DNA from: Dehalococcoidia bacterium
Lineage (GTDB): Bacteria > Chloroflexota > Dehalococcoidia > Lucifugimonadales > Australimonadaceae
DNA: 64,000 nucleotides
Direction: 5' to 3'
Assembly: GCA_034422075.1 (NCBI GenBank)
Contig: DAOUJX010000060.1
Span: 5,515 to 69,514 of the forward strand
Shown here: piece by piece, positions 55,311-64,000 of the stretch
How the letters are laid out: each line of letters opens with the position of its first letter
How positions within the stretch are numbered: the first letter of the stretch is position 1
Notes under the pieces: model-generated
What the model saw: only the letters and a program-made list of their open reading frames with translations
The model's database searches: none
Told to the model about the DNA's origin: nothing
Program-made: the position numbers and the translations under genes

Positions 55311-57494
55311 CTAGCGGCCGTTGCGCTTGGCGTTGGTGCGGGGAGGGGGGCGGTGGGCGACGCGCTGGACGGCCGTTACGCTCTTCACCGCCTCGATGCG
55401 CGAGAAGATGCGGCTCAGCTGTTCGATGCTGGAGACGTGCAGGCTGAAGGCAATCGTGACCGTGCCGTCGTCGCCCACGGTGGTCTGCGAACCGCTAATG
55501 TTCACACCCTCGCCTGCGACAGTGCCGGTGATGTCGTGCAAGAGCCCGACGCGGTCGAGCGCCGTTACCTCGATGCGGGTGGGGTGGGACGCAGGCGATG
55601 CGCCCCACGAGACGGGGATGAGGCGGTCGTCGTCGACACCGGCGCGCAGATTGGGGCAGTCTTGGCGGTGCACGGTGACGCCGCGATTGCGCGTGATGAA
55701 GCCGGCTATCTCGTCGCCGGGCAGCGGGTTGCAGCATGCGCCCATGCGCGAGAGCAAGCCGCCCAGACCAAGGACGGACACGCCCGCCGAGGGCTGTTCG
55801 GGGGAGGAAGGCAGCGTAGTGGCGGCGCGCTTGTCTTCCTGGCTTGCCGACAGGCGCGCCGCTATCTGCGCGATGGAGACGACGCCGCTGCCGATGGAGA
55901 CGTGCAGCTCCTCGACGCTGTCAAGGCCGAATAGCTTGGCGACCTCCTCCTCACCTGCAGGGACGTTGAGGCGGCGCAGTTCCTTCTTGAGCAGTTCGCG
56001 TCCGCGCTCGGCGTTTTCGCCTCGGCGCTGCTTGCGGTACCAAGAGCGAATAGCCTGGCGCGCGGTCGCGGTGTGGACGAAGCCGAGGTGGGTGTTTAGC
56101 CAATCGAGGCTGGGGCCGCGGGCGGCCTTGCTGGTGAGTATCTCGATGGTATCGCCGCTGTGCAGCGGCGTGTCGAGCGAAACGAGTTTGCCGTTGACCT
56201 TCGCACCGATGCAGCGATGGCCCAGCTCCGTGTGGATGCGGTAGGCAAAGTCGATGGGCGTCGAGCCCGCCGGTAACTCCTTGATCTCGTTCTTGGGGGT
56301 GTAGACAAATACCTGGTCCTTGAAGATATCGGTGCGGACGGACTCCAGGAACTCCTCCGTGCCGGGCAGGTCTTGCTGCCACTCGAGGAGCTGGCGCAGC
56401 CACGTCATGCGCTCCTCGAAGCGCCCATCGGTGGAGCTGCCCTCCTTGTAGCGCCAGTGGGACGCCACGCCGTATTCGGCAAGCTGGTGCATCTTGTGGG
56501 TGCGCACTTGCACCTCGATAGGCACACCGCCAATGGCGCGCACGCTCGTGTGGAGCGACTGGTAGAGATTCTCCTTCGGATTGGCGATGTAATCGTCGAA
56601 CTCGCCCGGCACGGGACGCCAGAGCGCATGGACGACGCCGAGCGCGGCGTAGCAGTCGGCGACGGTAGGAACGAGGATGCGGACAGCAAAGAGGTCATAG
56701 ATATCGCCGAACTCCTTGCCCTGCGCTCTGTATGCCTGCGCCTTGCGATGGACGCTGTAGATGTGCTTGGGGCGTCCGGTGACCTCTGCATCCAGGTTTG
56801 CGCTGGCCAGCTCGCGCTTGAGGATGTCGGTCAGCTGGCGCACATAGTCCTCGCGCTCGCCGCGCCTCGCGGCAAGCAGCTTCGATATCGCGCGGTACTG
56901 GTTGGGCTGAATGTAGCGGAAGGCGAAGTCTTCGAGCTGCCACTTGATTTCGCCCATGCCGAGGCGGTGCGCAAGCGGCGCGTAGATGTCGAGTGTTTCC
57001 TGCGCAATCGCGACGCGGCGGTCGGCGTCGAGCGCGTGGAGCGTCTCCATATTGTGCAAGCGGTCGGCAAGCTTGATGAGGACCACGCGGATGTCCTCCG
57101 CCATCGACACGAGCATCTTTCGCAGGCTCTCGGCCTGGTGATGGTCGGCGACGAGCCGCGCATCAGCACCATCGGCAAGCAGATCAAGGCGCTGCAGCTT
57201 GGTCACGCCGTCAACGAGCGTTGCGACGCCGTCGCCGAACTCGCGGCGTATCTCGTCGAGTGAGATACCGCAGTCCTCGACCACATCGTGGAGCAGGGCG
57301 GCGGCAAGGGTGGTGGCATCGAGCGACAGGCCGGCGAGGTAGGAGGCCACGGCGACGGGATGCTCGATGTAGGGACCGCCGGAGCGCCGGAGTTGGCCAT
57401 CGTGCATGCGGTCGGCGTACTCGAGGGCGCGCGCGACGAGGTCCGCCTTGTCGTCCGGCAGGTACTCGCGTACTCGTTCTAGCAGCGGCTGCAT
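55311..57494 (-). CDS. relA: Bifunctional (p)ppGpp synthetase/hydrolase (RelA/SpoT homologue)
   Basis: HD hydrolase (HPVAVA...HDVVED), synthetase (YRSLHT-type region), and TGS and ACT domains. Confidence 0.95.
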   Translation of the reverse strand: MQPLLERVREYLPDDKADLVARALEYADRMHDGQLRRSGGPYIEHPVAVASYLAGLSLDATTLAAALLHDVVEDCGISLDEIRREFGDGVATLVDGVTKLQRLDLLADGADARLVADHHQAESLRKMLVSMAEDIRVVLIKLADRLHNMETLHALDADRRVAIAQETLDIYAPLAHRLGMGEIKWQLEDFAFRYIQPNQYRAISKLLAARRGEREDYVRQLTDILKRELASANLDAEVTGRPKHIYSVHRKAQAYRAQGKEFGDIYDLFAVRILVPTVADCYAALGVVHALWRPVPGEFDDYIANPKENLYQSLHTSVRAIGGVPIEVQVRTHKMHQLAEYGVASHWRYKEGSSTDGRFEERMTWLRQLLEWQQDLPGTEEFLESVRTDIFKDQVFVYTPKNEIKELPAGSTPIDFAYRIHTELGHRCIGAKVNGKLVSLDTPLHSGDTIEILTSKAARGPSLDWLNTHLGFVHTATARQAIRSWYRKQRRGENAERGRELLKKELRRLNVPAGEEEVAKLFGLDSVEELHVSIGSGVVSIAQIAARLSASQEDKRAATTLPSSPEQPSAGVSVLGLGGLLSRMGACCNPLPGDEIAGFITRNRGVTVHRQDCPNLRAGVDDDRLIPVSWGASPASHPTRIEVTALDRVGLLHDITGTVAGEGVNISGSQTTVGDDGTVTIAFSLHVSSIEQLSRIFSRIEAVKSVTAVQRVAHRPPPRTNAKRNGR

Positions 57495-57578
57495 AGCTAT
57501 CGGGCCGACCTTTGACGCCCATTATAATCTGAGTGGCGGCGGCCTGGTGAATGCGAGCAAGGCCGCGCCACTGCCTCC

Positions 57579-58835
57579 ATGTACCGAGCACCTCGCGGCA
57601 CCTACGACATCCTCCCCGAGCGCCAGCCCTACTGGCGATTCGTCGAACGCGCCTTTGCGGAGCGCGCCCGCGTATTCGGCTACCAGCGCATCGACACCCC
57701 ACTGTTCGAGGACGTAGACGTCTTTCTGCGCGCTGTAGGGGAGGAGACGGACATCGCGGCCAAGGAGATGTACGTATTTGCCGACAAGGGTGGCCAGTCG
57801 CTCGCGCTGCGCCCGGAGGGGACGGCGGCGGTATGCCGCGCCTTCGTGGAGCATGGGTTGCATAACCAAGCGTTGCCAGTCCGCCTCTACTACCACGCGC
57901 CGATGTTCCGATACGACCGACCGCAGGCGGGACGCTACCGCCAGTTGCACCAGTTTGGCGCAGAAGCCATCGGCGATTCCGATCCCACCGTCGACCTCGA
58001 GATCATCCAGCTGGCGATGTCGTCCATCGAGGCGCTAGGGCTGGGCGGAATGACGCTGGTGCTGAACAGCATCGGCGACGCTGCCGACCGCGCGCCGTAC
58101 TTGGAGGCGCTGCGTGAACACTTTGGCCCATCAGTCGATAGGCTGAGCGCGGACGACAGGCGCCGTTTCGACACCAACCCGCTGCGCATGCTCGACTCCA
58201 AGGACGCGCGCATTCAGCCGCTCTTGGAAGATGCGCCGCGCAGCGCCGACTACCTGGGCGACGACGCGCAGGCGCACTGGGACGCGCTGCGAGCGTTGTT
58301 GGCCGTTGCCGGCGTCGACTACCGCACTGACCCGCGATTGGTGCGCGGGCTCGACTACTACACGCGCACCGTGTTCGAGGTACATCCCGCGGTGGAGGGA
58401 GCGCAGAGCGCGGTGTGCGCAGGGGGACGCTACGACGGCCTCATCGAGCAACTGGGTGGTCCCCCGACGCCGGGCATCGGGTTCGCCGCGGGCATCGATC
58501 GGCTGATACTGAACATGGAGCGCGAAGGCGTCGACCCCGGTGCGGCACCGCCACCAACAGTTGTCGTCCACGTAGGCGCGCGCGCAAAGGCGGAGGCTGT
58601 GCGCCTTGCCGCCGAGCTGCGCGCAGCGGGCGTCGCCACCGTCGTTGCGCCGGTGCGCAGCATGCGCGCGCAGTTGCGCTATGCGTCGGCCTTAGGTGCG
58701 GTGCACGCTGCCATCATTGGCGAGCACGAACTGGAAGCGGGAATCGTGACGGTGCGCGATCTAGCGCACGCCTCGCAAGTGGAGGTCGCGCGCGACGACG
58801 TCGCGGGTGCTATCGCGCGAGGGTTGTCCAGCTAG
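57579..58835 (+). CDS. hisS: Histidyl-tRNA synthetase
   Basis: Class II motifs (PRGTYD, FRYDRPQAGRYRQ, GGGRYDGL) and an anticodon-binding domain. Confidence 0.95.
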   Translation: MYRAPRGTYDILPERQPYWRFVERAFAERARVFGYQRIDTPLFEDVDVFLRAVGEETDIAAKEMYVFADKGGQSLALRPEGTAAVCRAFVEHGLHNQALPVRLYYHAPMFRYDRPQAGRYRQLHQFGAEAIGDSDPTVDLEIIQLAMSSIEALGLGGMTLVLNSIGDAADRAPYLEALREHFGPSVDRLSADDRRRFDTNPLRMLDSKDARIQPLLEDAPRSADYLGDDAQAHWDALRALLAVAGVDYRTDPRLVRGLDYYTRTVFEVHPAVEGAQSAVCAGGRYDGLIEQLGGPPTPGIGFAAGIDRLILNMEREGVDPGAAPPPTVVVHVGARAKAEAVRLAAELRAAGVATVVAPVRSMRAQLRYASALGAVHAAIIGEHELEAGIVTVRDLAHASQVEVARDDVAGAIARGLSS

Positions 58836-59977
58836 CGCGGGAAGGTCAGGTCGTAGGAGATCTGCTTGAAGCCCGTCGTGAAGGTCTGGGTTTGCGCGGA
58901 CTTCACCCTGTTGCCCCAGAACTCGATGGACGCGTTGTTGTAGGTGCTGGTGGCGGAAACCAGCAGGTGGTATCTGCCGTTCGCCCCTATATCCGCCCTG
59001 ACCCAGATGTCCGGCTGACCAGGCTTGCTGATCCGTGCATAGACGGGGAACTGCCCCGCTTGCGCGATGCCGCTGCCTACCCGCACTGTCCCCGAGAAAA
59101 TCGTGGGCAGCGGCGGCGGCGCCGCATCGTTACCGAGGGCAGGTGGCGGCCCAAGGTTGACGAGGCCGCCCAACAACTGCGGTAGCACCAGCGTCTGCAG
59201 CGAGTCGATGCCGACGCCGAACGACTCCCCGGTGCTCCCGATGCCGATTTCCTCCATGAACCTATCGCTCATGCGAACGCCTAGGAGCTGGCCGTTCCGG
59301 CTGAAGATGGAGCCTCCTTCAACCCCTGCAGGAATGGGCACTGGTATCTGGAAGTAGTTGATGCCCGTGTTGAGGTCGGATTCGCCGCCGAGTACGTTCG
59401 CCTGGCGCTGGTCGAGCGCCGAACCCTCGGTCGCCGGGTAGCCGAACACGAGGACGTCGTCTCCTATGCCGGGCGTGGTCGACCCGAACCGGTCTGAGAG
59501 GTTGAACCCGGCTCCGCCGCTAATGACCTCCAGTAGTGCCAGGTCCCACGTGTCATTACGCCCAATAGTCCACGCCTGGCCGGACTGCCCACTGTCGGTC
59601 TCGTAGTCGACGAGGGGCGATTGGCCCATGTTGCTCGAGGTGGTGAGGATGTAGCCGCGCGAGTCGATGAGCACGCCGGACCAGCGTCTCTCGCCAAGCG
59701 ACAGGCGGACGGCTGACATAGTGGCGTACATCTGGGCATCTCTGACGGTGGGCGTCGGCGTAGCAGTCGGTGTGGCCGTTGGCGTTGGCGTTGGCGGTAT
59801 CGGCGTCGCTGTGGGAGTTGCGGTGGGGGTCGGCGAGGGAGTCGGTGTCGCCGTGGGCGTAGGAGACGGCGTTGGAGGCGCCGGCGTCGGGGTGGGCTGC
59901 GGGGGGGCGCCGCCGCGGCAAGCGGCAAGGGTTATCAACAACGCTGTAAGTGCGGCAAGGAGGATTCGAGACTTCAT
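58832..59977 (-). CDS. Trypsin-fold lipoprotein with a degenerate catalytic triad (likely pseudoprotease)
   Basis: Lipobox LAAC-R and a 60-aa PT linker. Alignment to the neighbouring HtrA gives TTSSNM versus TNNHVV (His lost), DLALLE (Asp kept), and GVEGGS versus GNSGGP (Ser replaced by Glu). Confidence 0.65.
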   Translation of the reverse strand: MKSRILLAALTALLITLAACRGGAPPQPTPTPAPPTPSPTPTATPTPSPTPTATPTATPIPPTPTPTATPTATPTPTVRDAQMYATMSAVRLSLGERRWSGVLIDSRGYILTTSSNMGQSPLVDYETDSGQSGQAWTIGRNDTWDLALLEVISGGAGFNLSDRFGSTTPGIGDDVLVFGYPATEGSALDQRQANVLGGESDLNTGINYFQIPVPIPAGVEGGSIFSRNGQLLGVRMSDRFMEEIGIGSTGESFGVGIDSLQTLVLPQLLGGLVNLGPPPALGNDAAPPPLPTIFSGTVRVGSGIAQAGQFPVYARISKPGQPDIWVRADIGANGRYHLLVSATSTYNNASIEFWGNRVKSAQTQTFTTGFKQISYDLTFPR

Positions 59978-60197
59978 GCGTTAGCAATAAGCGCCACCAG
60001 TGGCACTGCACCCTAAACCCAGCATAGGGCGCAGCCGTAGCACTATCAATACAACGCGCGTGCAATCTTGCACGATACGCCGGCCCGCGCACGCTCCACA
60101 ATTTCTCGATATCTGGCATGCATGTATGAGCTAGCCCTACCGGCGCGGTCGGGGGGCGCTCTGATACCATCGATGGGCTGATCCTAGGAGCCTGACG

Positions 60198-60914
60198 ATG
60201 GCACGAATCGATGGCCGCGCGCCGAACGACATGCGCCCTGTATCCATTCATCCCTCATACCTCGAATTCGCCGAAGGCTCCGTCCTCATCGAGGTGGGCA
60301 AGACGCGGGTGGTGTGCGCCGTCAGCATCGAAGAGCGCGTCCCGCAGTTCCTGCGCGGCTCCGGCAAGGGGTGGGTAACGGCGGAGTACGGCATGCTGCC
60401 TCGCTCCACCCTCACCCGCACCAGCCGCGAACGTTCCTCCGGCGGCGGCAGAACACACGAAATCCAGCGCCTCATTGGGCGATCCCTGCGTTCCGTCGCG
60501 CAACTGGACAAGCTGGGGGAGCGCACCTTTACAGTGGACTGCGACGTGTTGCAGGCCGACGGCGGAACGCGGACAGCTGCGATCACGGGAGCGTACGTCG
60601 CGCTGCACCAGGCCATGCTCGGGCTGGTGCGCCAGCGCGTGCTGCATCACGTCCCCCTCAGCGCCTCCATCGCGGCGACAAGCGTCGGCATGGTTGGCAG
60701 CGAGCTTCTGCTCGACCTGTGCTACGAGGAGGACTCGGACGCGACCGTCGACTTCAACGTCGTTATGTCCGCCAAGGGAGAATTCGTGGAGGTGCAGGGA
60801 ACAGGCGAGGAACAGCCCTTCTCGCGCGCACAGATGGAGCAGATGCTGGCGCTGGCGGAGGGCGGATTGGCGCACCTCTTCGAGAAGCAGCGGGAGGCCT
60901 TGAACCAGCTCTAG
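60198..60914 (+). CDS. rph: Ribonuclease PH
   Basis: RxDGR N-terminus, [30 protein letters not shown]. Confidence 0.95.
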   Translation: MARIDGRAPNDMRPVSIHPSYLEFAEGSVLIEVGKTRVVCAVSIEERVPQFLRGSGKGWVTAEYGMLPRSTLTRTSRERSSGGGRTHEIQRLIGRSLRSVAQLDKLGERTFTVDCDVLQADGGTRTAAITGAYVALHQAMLGLVRQRVLHHVPLSASIAATSVGMVGSELLLDLCYEEDSDATVDFNVVMSAKGEFVEVQGTGEEQPFSRAQMEQMLALAEGGLAHLFEKQREALNQL

Positions 60915-60957
60915 CGCCAGCGCCCAGCCCTACCGGAAAGATGCACAGGACGACGCC

Positions 60958-62097
60958 TTGATACGCCGACCGACAGCCTCCACGCTTGCCGCAGCCGCGC
61001 TCGTGCTCGTCGCACTCGTCGCGAGCGCGTGCATCTCGACACAGCCCACGGTGGTGGAGCAGGGTGCAACGCCTTCGCCCGAAACGCCGCTGCACCCGGA
61101 CGGGGGTACGCTCCCCTTGCCGTCCACGGAGGTCATCGCCGGGTTGCACAACATCCCCGCCGTCGCCGAGCGCGTGTCACCGAGCGTCGTCCTAGTACGC
61201 GCATTCGTCGAACGAACCGACGCAGACGGGGAGACGGCGGAAGGGTTCTCCTCCGGTTCCGGCGTGGTCTTCGACTCGGAAGGCCATGTGATGACCAATA
61301 ACCACGTCGTCGAGGGCGCCACCACCGTCGACATCGTCTTCCCGTCGGGACAGGAGGTGGACGTGGAGGTCGTTGGCGCAGATCCCTCGACCGATATCGC
61401 CGTGCTGGAGTTCGACCCGAGGGTTGTGGAGGACCTTGCCGTGACACCGCTGGTGCTGTCGACGGACGTGCGCATCGGCGATTGGGTGATCGCAATCGGC
61501 AACCCGCTCGGCTTCGAGGGCACGCTGACCGTGGGGGTCATTAGCGCGAAGGACCGCTCACTCCAGGTGAGCCCGAGGGTGGTGCTGCACGACCTCTTGC
61601 AGACGGACGCGGTCATCAACCCAGGCAACTCGGGCGGGCCGCTGCTCAACCTCGAGGGCGAGGTCATCGGCATCAACACGGCCATCATTCGCGGACAGCT
61701 GGCGAGCGGCCAAGAGGCTGAGGGCATCGGCTTTGCCGTCGCGACGACGACCGCCATCCCCGTGGCCGCGCAACTGATACAGAATGGGCGCGTTATCTGG
61801 CCGCGCATCGGCGTGAGCATCGACGACGTGACGCCCGTGACCGCCGCAGAAGAGGACTTGTCGGTCGACAAGGGGTTGCTGGTGCGCGGCCTCGCCCCAG
61901 GCGGCCCGGCTGAGACGGCGGGCATCGAGGTGGGCGACGTCATCATCGCCATCGACGGTCATCCTGTGGAGAAGTTCAGCGACCTTCGGCGACTGATGCT
62001 GTTCCACTACAAGGTCGGCGACTCGGTACTCATCACCGTCGTCCGCGGCGCCGTCACCCTAGACTACGGCCTCACCTTGGACGAGTTGGTGCTGTAG
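60958..62097 (+). CDS. htrA: HtrA/DegP-family serine protease with PDZ domain
   Basis: Catalytic His (TNNHVV), Asp (DIAVLE), Ser (GNSGGPL) and a C-terminal PDZ domain. TTG start. Confidence 0.9.
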   Translation: MIRRPTASTLAAAALVLVALVASACISTQPTVVEQGATPSPETPLHPDGGTLPLPSTEVIAGLHNIPAVAERVSPSVVLVRAFVERTDADGETAEGFSSGSGVVFDSEGHVMTNNHVVEGATTVDIVFPSGQEVDVEVVGADPSTDIAVLEFDPRVVEDLAVTPLVLSTDVRIGDWVIAIGNPLGFEGTLTVGVISAKDRSLQVSPRVVLHDLLQTDAVINPGNSGGPLLNLEGEVIGINTAIIRGQLASGQEAEGIGFAVATTTAIPVAAQLIQNGRVIWPRIGVSIDDVTPVTAAEEDLSVDKGLLVRGLAPGGPAETAGIEVGDVIIAIDGHPVEKFSDLRRLMLFHYKVGDSVLITVVRGAVTLDYGLTLDELVL

Positions 62098-62169
62098 GGA
62101 CGGTGCGCCTGCCCCTACCCCATTGCCCGCGCATGCGCTAGCCTCTGCGTAGACCCGAGGAGGTTACGG

Positions 62170-62592
62170 ATGCTTAGTGCGGCGGAACTGGACTACGTCA
62201 GGAACACCTCACTCTACCGGCTAGCGGTTGCGACGCCGAACGGCGCGCCGCATTGCGTGCCGATGCGGACGCGGCTGGACGGTGAGCGCATCATCGTCGG
62301 CGGCTTCAACTTCGACATCTCATACAAGAAGAGCGTTATCGACCGCAACCCACGCGTGGCCTGCGTGTGGGACACGGAGGAGGGGATCGGCGACGAAAGC
62401 GGCCCCGGCAACATAAGGGGCGTCGAGGTGCGCGGCACGCTGATCCCAACCGGCACCATCGTCGACGGCAGCGGCGCCTACTACCTCGAACCCTCCAAGG
62501 TGTTCTCGTGGGGTGTCGAGGAGCCAGCCTCCGAGTCGTTCGCCAAGAAGATGACTTTCGACGTCGACCACCTCACGCGGCGCGGCTCCTAG
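62170..62592 (+). CDS. Pyridoxamine 5'-phosphate oxidase-family flavoprotein
   Basis: 140-aa split-barrel pattern. Confidence 0.65.
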   Translation: MLSAAELDYVRNTSLYRLAVATPNGAPHCVPMRTRLDGERIIVGGFNFDISYKKSVIDRNPRVACVWDTEEGIGDESGPGNIRGVEVRGTLIPTGTIVDGSGAYYLEPSKVFSWGVEEPASESFAKKMTFDVDHLTRRGS

Positions 62593-63011
62593 GGGGCGTT
62601 CATCGACACGAGTCGCCCCGGCCGCAGCAACACGACCGCGCGGCCCTCGTCGCGCATTACGCGGTCGTACTCGTCCCAATTGGGGTGCTCCTTGCCGGCG
62701 GCGGAGCGGTAGACCTCGCGCAGTTCGATGCGCAACTCCTCGGCGTCGGTGTTGTCGGCGCTGCGCACCTCTGCGTCGCCGTCGAGTACCGCGTACCCGC
62801 GCCATCCGGGCCGCACCAGCATGAGCGCGAAACGCGTGTCGCGGTCGAGGTTGCGCGCCTTGGCTCGACTGGTAGTGGTGGTAAAGGCTAGCCCGCCGTC
62901 GTACTTGCCAACGGTGACCAGGCTCTGCTGCGGGCGTCCGTCGCGCCGGAACGTCGTGGCGACGGCGATGTTGTTTTCGGCCAGTATCCCGTCCAACTCC
63001 TCAAGGGCCAT
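62589..63011 (-). CDS. PPOX-class probable F420-dependent enzyme
   Basis: Pattern IAVATTFRRDGRPQQSLV...RNLDRDTRFAL typical of the F420-dependent PPOX class. Confidence 0.7.
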   Translation of the reverse strand: MALEELDGILAENNIAVATTFRRDGRPQQSLVTVGKYDGGLAFTTTTSRAKARNLDRDTRFALMLVRPGWRGYAVLDGDAEVRSADNTDAEELRIELREVYRSAAGKEHPNWDEYDRVMRDEGRAVVLLRPGRLVSMNAP

Positions 63012-63157
63012 GCTCTCCTCCTGCGTGTCGTAGGGCGAGGGTAGGCGAGCGCCCCTATTGCGTCAACGCAGCCCCGCTTCTAGCCGGCCCTCCACTGGAG
63101 CGGTGCAGTCGGCCCGGTTTGACACTCCTCGCGGGGCGGTGGGAATATCGGCGAGCA

Positions 63158-63853
63158 ATGCAGAATGGACAGGAACAGCCGCAGCTTGCGGCGGGAGTCG
63201 TCAGGGTCGACGTGCGCGATTCCGCGGGACGTTGGGCGGACGCCGTACGCGCCGCAGGCGACGACGAACGCTGCCGCGTTGTGGTGCTCGAGGGCGGCCT
63301 CCCGGAGAACGCAGGGGATGGCGCGCAGCGCGGCGCAGTGGCGGCGGCTGCAGCGATCACCAAGCCCGTCATTGCAGCTGTCGCCGGCCCGTGCCACGAC
63401 TGGGGGCTAGAGCTTGCCCTTGCGTGCGACTTGCGGCTCGCGGATGAGCGCGCAACGTTCGCCATGCGCCAACCGCACCACGGCACGCTTCCCACGAACG
63501 GTGGCACGCAGCGCCTCCCGCGCATCGTCGGGCGCGCTAACGCCCTGAGGCTAGTGCTGACCGGTGAAGTCGTCGATGCGCTTGCGGCCCAGGCCATGGG
63601 CCTCGTCCATAGGGTCGCGCCTCACGGCACCCTTGACGCGCTTGTCGACGAGGTCGCGGCTGCGATTGCCGCTGCTGCGCCGCTGGCCGTTGCCTACGCC
63701 AAGGATGCCGTCGGCATGGCGCGCGACTTGCCGCTCGCTCAAGGCCTCGCGGCGGAGCACGACCTGGGCGTCCTCCTCCAATCGACGCGCGATCGCGCCG
63801 AAGGACTGGCCGCGTGGCGCGAGCACCGTCCGCCGCTATTCGAGGGACGATGA
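63158..63853 (+). CDS. Enoyl-CoA hydratase/isomerase (crotonase) family protein
   Basis: KPVIAAVAGPCHDWGLELALACDLR oxyanion-hole region. Shorter than usual at the N-terminus. Confidence 0.75.
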   Translation: MQNGQEQPQLAAGVVRVDVRDSAGRWADAVRAAGDDERCRVVVLEGGLPENAGDGAQRGAVAAAAAITKPVIAAVAGPCHDWGLELALACDLRLADERATFAMRQPHHGTLPTNGGTQRLPRIVGRANALRLVLTGEVVDALAAQAMGLVHRVAPHGTLDALVDEVAAAIAAAAPLAVAYAKDAVGMARDLPLAQGLAAEHDLGVLLQSTRDRAEGLAAWREHRPPLFEGR

Positions 63854-64000
63854 GCGCGTTCAGCACCATTAGTTTCGAGGTACAGGGCGGCGCCGCGGTG
63901 CTCACGCTAGACCGCTCCCATGTCGTCAATGCGTTCGATACTGCGATGCGCGACGATCTCTATGAGGCTCTCTGTGCGGCGCGCGACGACCCAGACATCG
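63850..64000 (+). CDS. Enoyl-CoA hydratase/isomerase family protein (5' part, runs off the window)
   Basis: The ATGA overlaps the previous stop. N-terminus FEVQGGAAVLTLDRSHVVNAF is crotonase-typical. Confidence 0.65.
   Translation, partial: MSAFSTISFEVQGGAAVLTLDRSHVVNAFDTAMRDDLYEALCAARDDPDI

Noticed and set aside
57521-57528. Palindromic ATTATAAT between divergent relA and hisS, considered as a shared -10 box.
   Set aside because: No acceptable -35 lies at 16-18 nt on either strand; the TTGACG is only 5 nt away. The evidence is insufficient to call a promoter.
57495-57578. T-box or other leader upstream of hisS. The equivalent region of proS was also checked.
   Set aside because: The spacers are short (84 bp for hisS and about 3 bp between proS and its upstream neighbour). 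They lack specifier or T-box sequence features.
59740-59900. Periodic GGCGT/GGTGT-rich sequence resembling a tandem repeat or array. It also occurs at 20385-20440 and 54240-54330.
   Set aside because: These are the coding sequences, on the minus strand, of Pro/Thr-rich lipoprotein linkers (TPTPTP...). They are not CRISPR arrays or noncoding satellites, and they have no spacer-repeat architecture.

Overview
High-GC bacterial chromosomal window, GC roughly 65-70% judged by eye. It is densely packed with housekeeping genes: purO, tsaD, tilS, ybeY, dnaX-ybaB-recR, dnaA, rbsK, argF, der, plsY, hrcA-dnaJ-prmA, apt, rpoD-dnaG, tRNA-Pro, pdxST, tmk, rsmG, proS, rpsT, relA, hisS, rph and htrA. The gene content includes an LprG-like lipoprotein plus MFS pair, PPOX/F420-type flavoproteins, Pro/Thr-linker lipoproteins and an archaeal-type PurO. 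This suggests a monoderm high-GC lineage, Chloroflexota/Thermomicrobia-like or Actinomycetota; that placement is inference only. The outstanding feature is an 8,018-bp cargo transposon at 26749-34766. It has perfect 17-bp terminal inverted repeats and a perfect 10-bp target-site duplication, and it sits between hrcA and a guaB3-like gene. It carries six things. (1) A SWIM-zinc-finger/DDE transposase. (2) An HTH, micro-ORF, DNA methyltransferase::Mrr-nuclease fusion and ORC/Cdc6-like AAA+ ATPase module; the fusion gene is interrupted at a C9 homopolymer. (3) A four-gene minus-strand operon: Panacea/DUF4065 antitoxin-like, RelE/ParE-like, a 70-aa protein, and Fic. (4) A methyltransferase 5' fragment. 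(5) A hairpin-dense noncoding stretch of about 350 bp. (6) A small zinc-ribbon ORF. The cargo looks like a mobile defence/toxin-antitoxin island, and two of its modules do not fit standard architectures. Other points of note are long G13/C8 homopolymer motifs, a dispersed REP-like hairpin family, a catalytically dead trypsin-fold lipoprotein next to an active HtrA, and a tRNA-Pro-adjacent HTH plus terminase-like pair. All calls come from reading the ORF translations and the nucleotide sequence. No database search was run.
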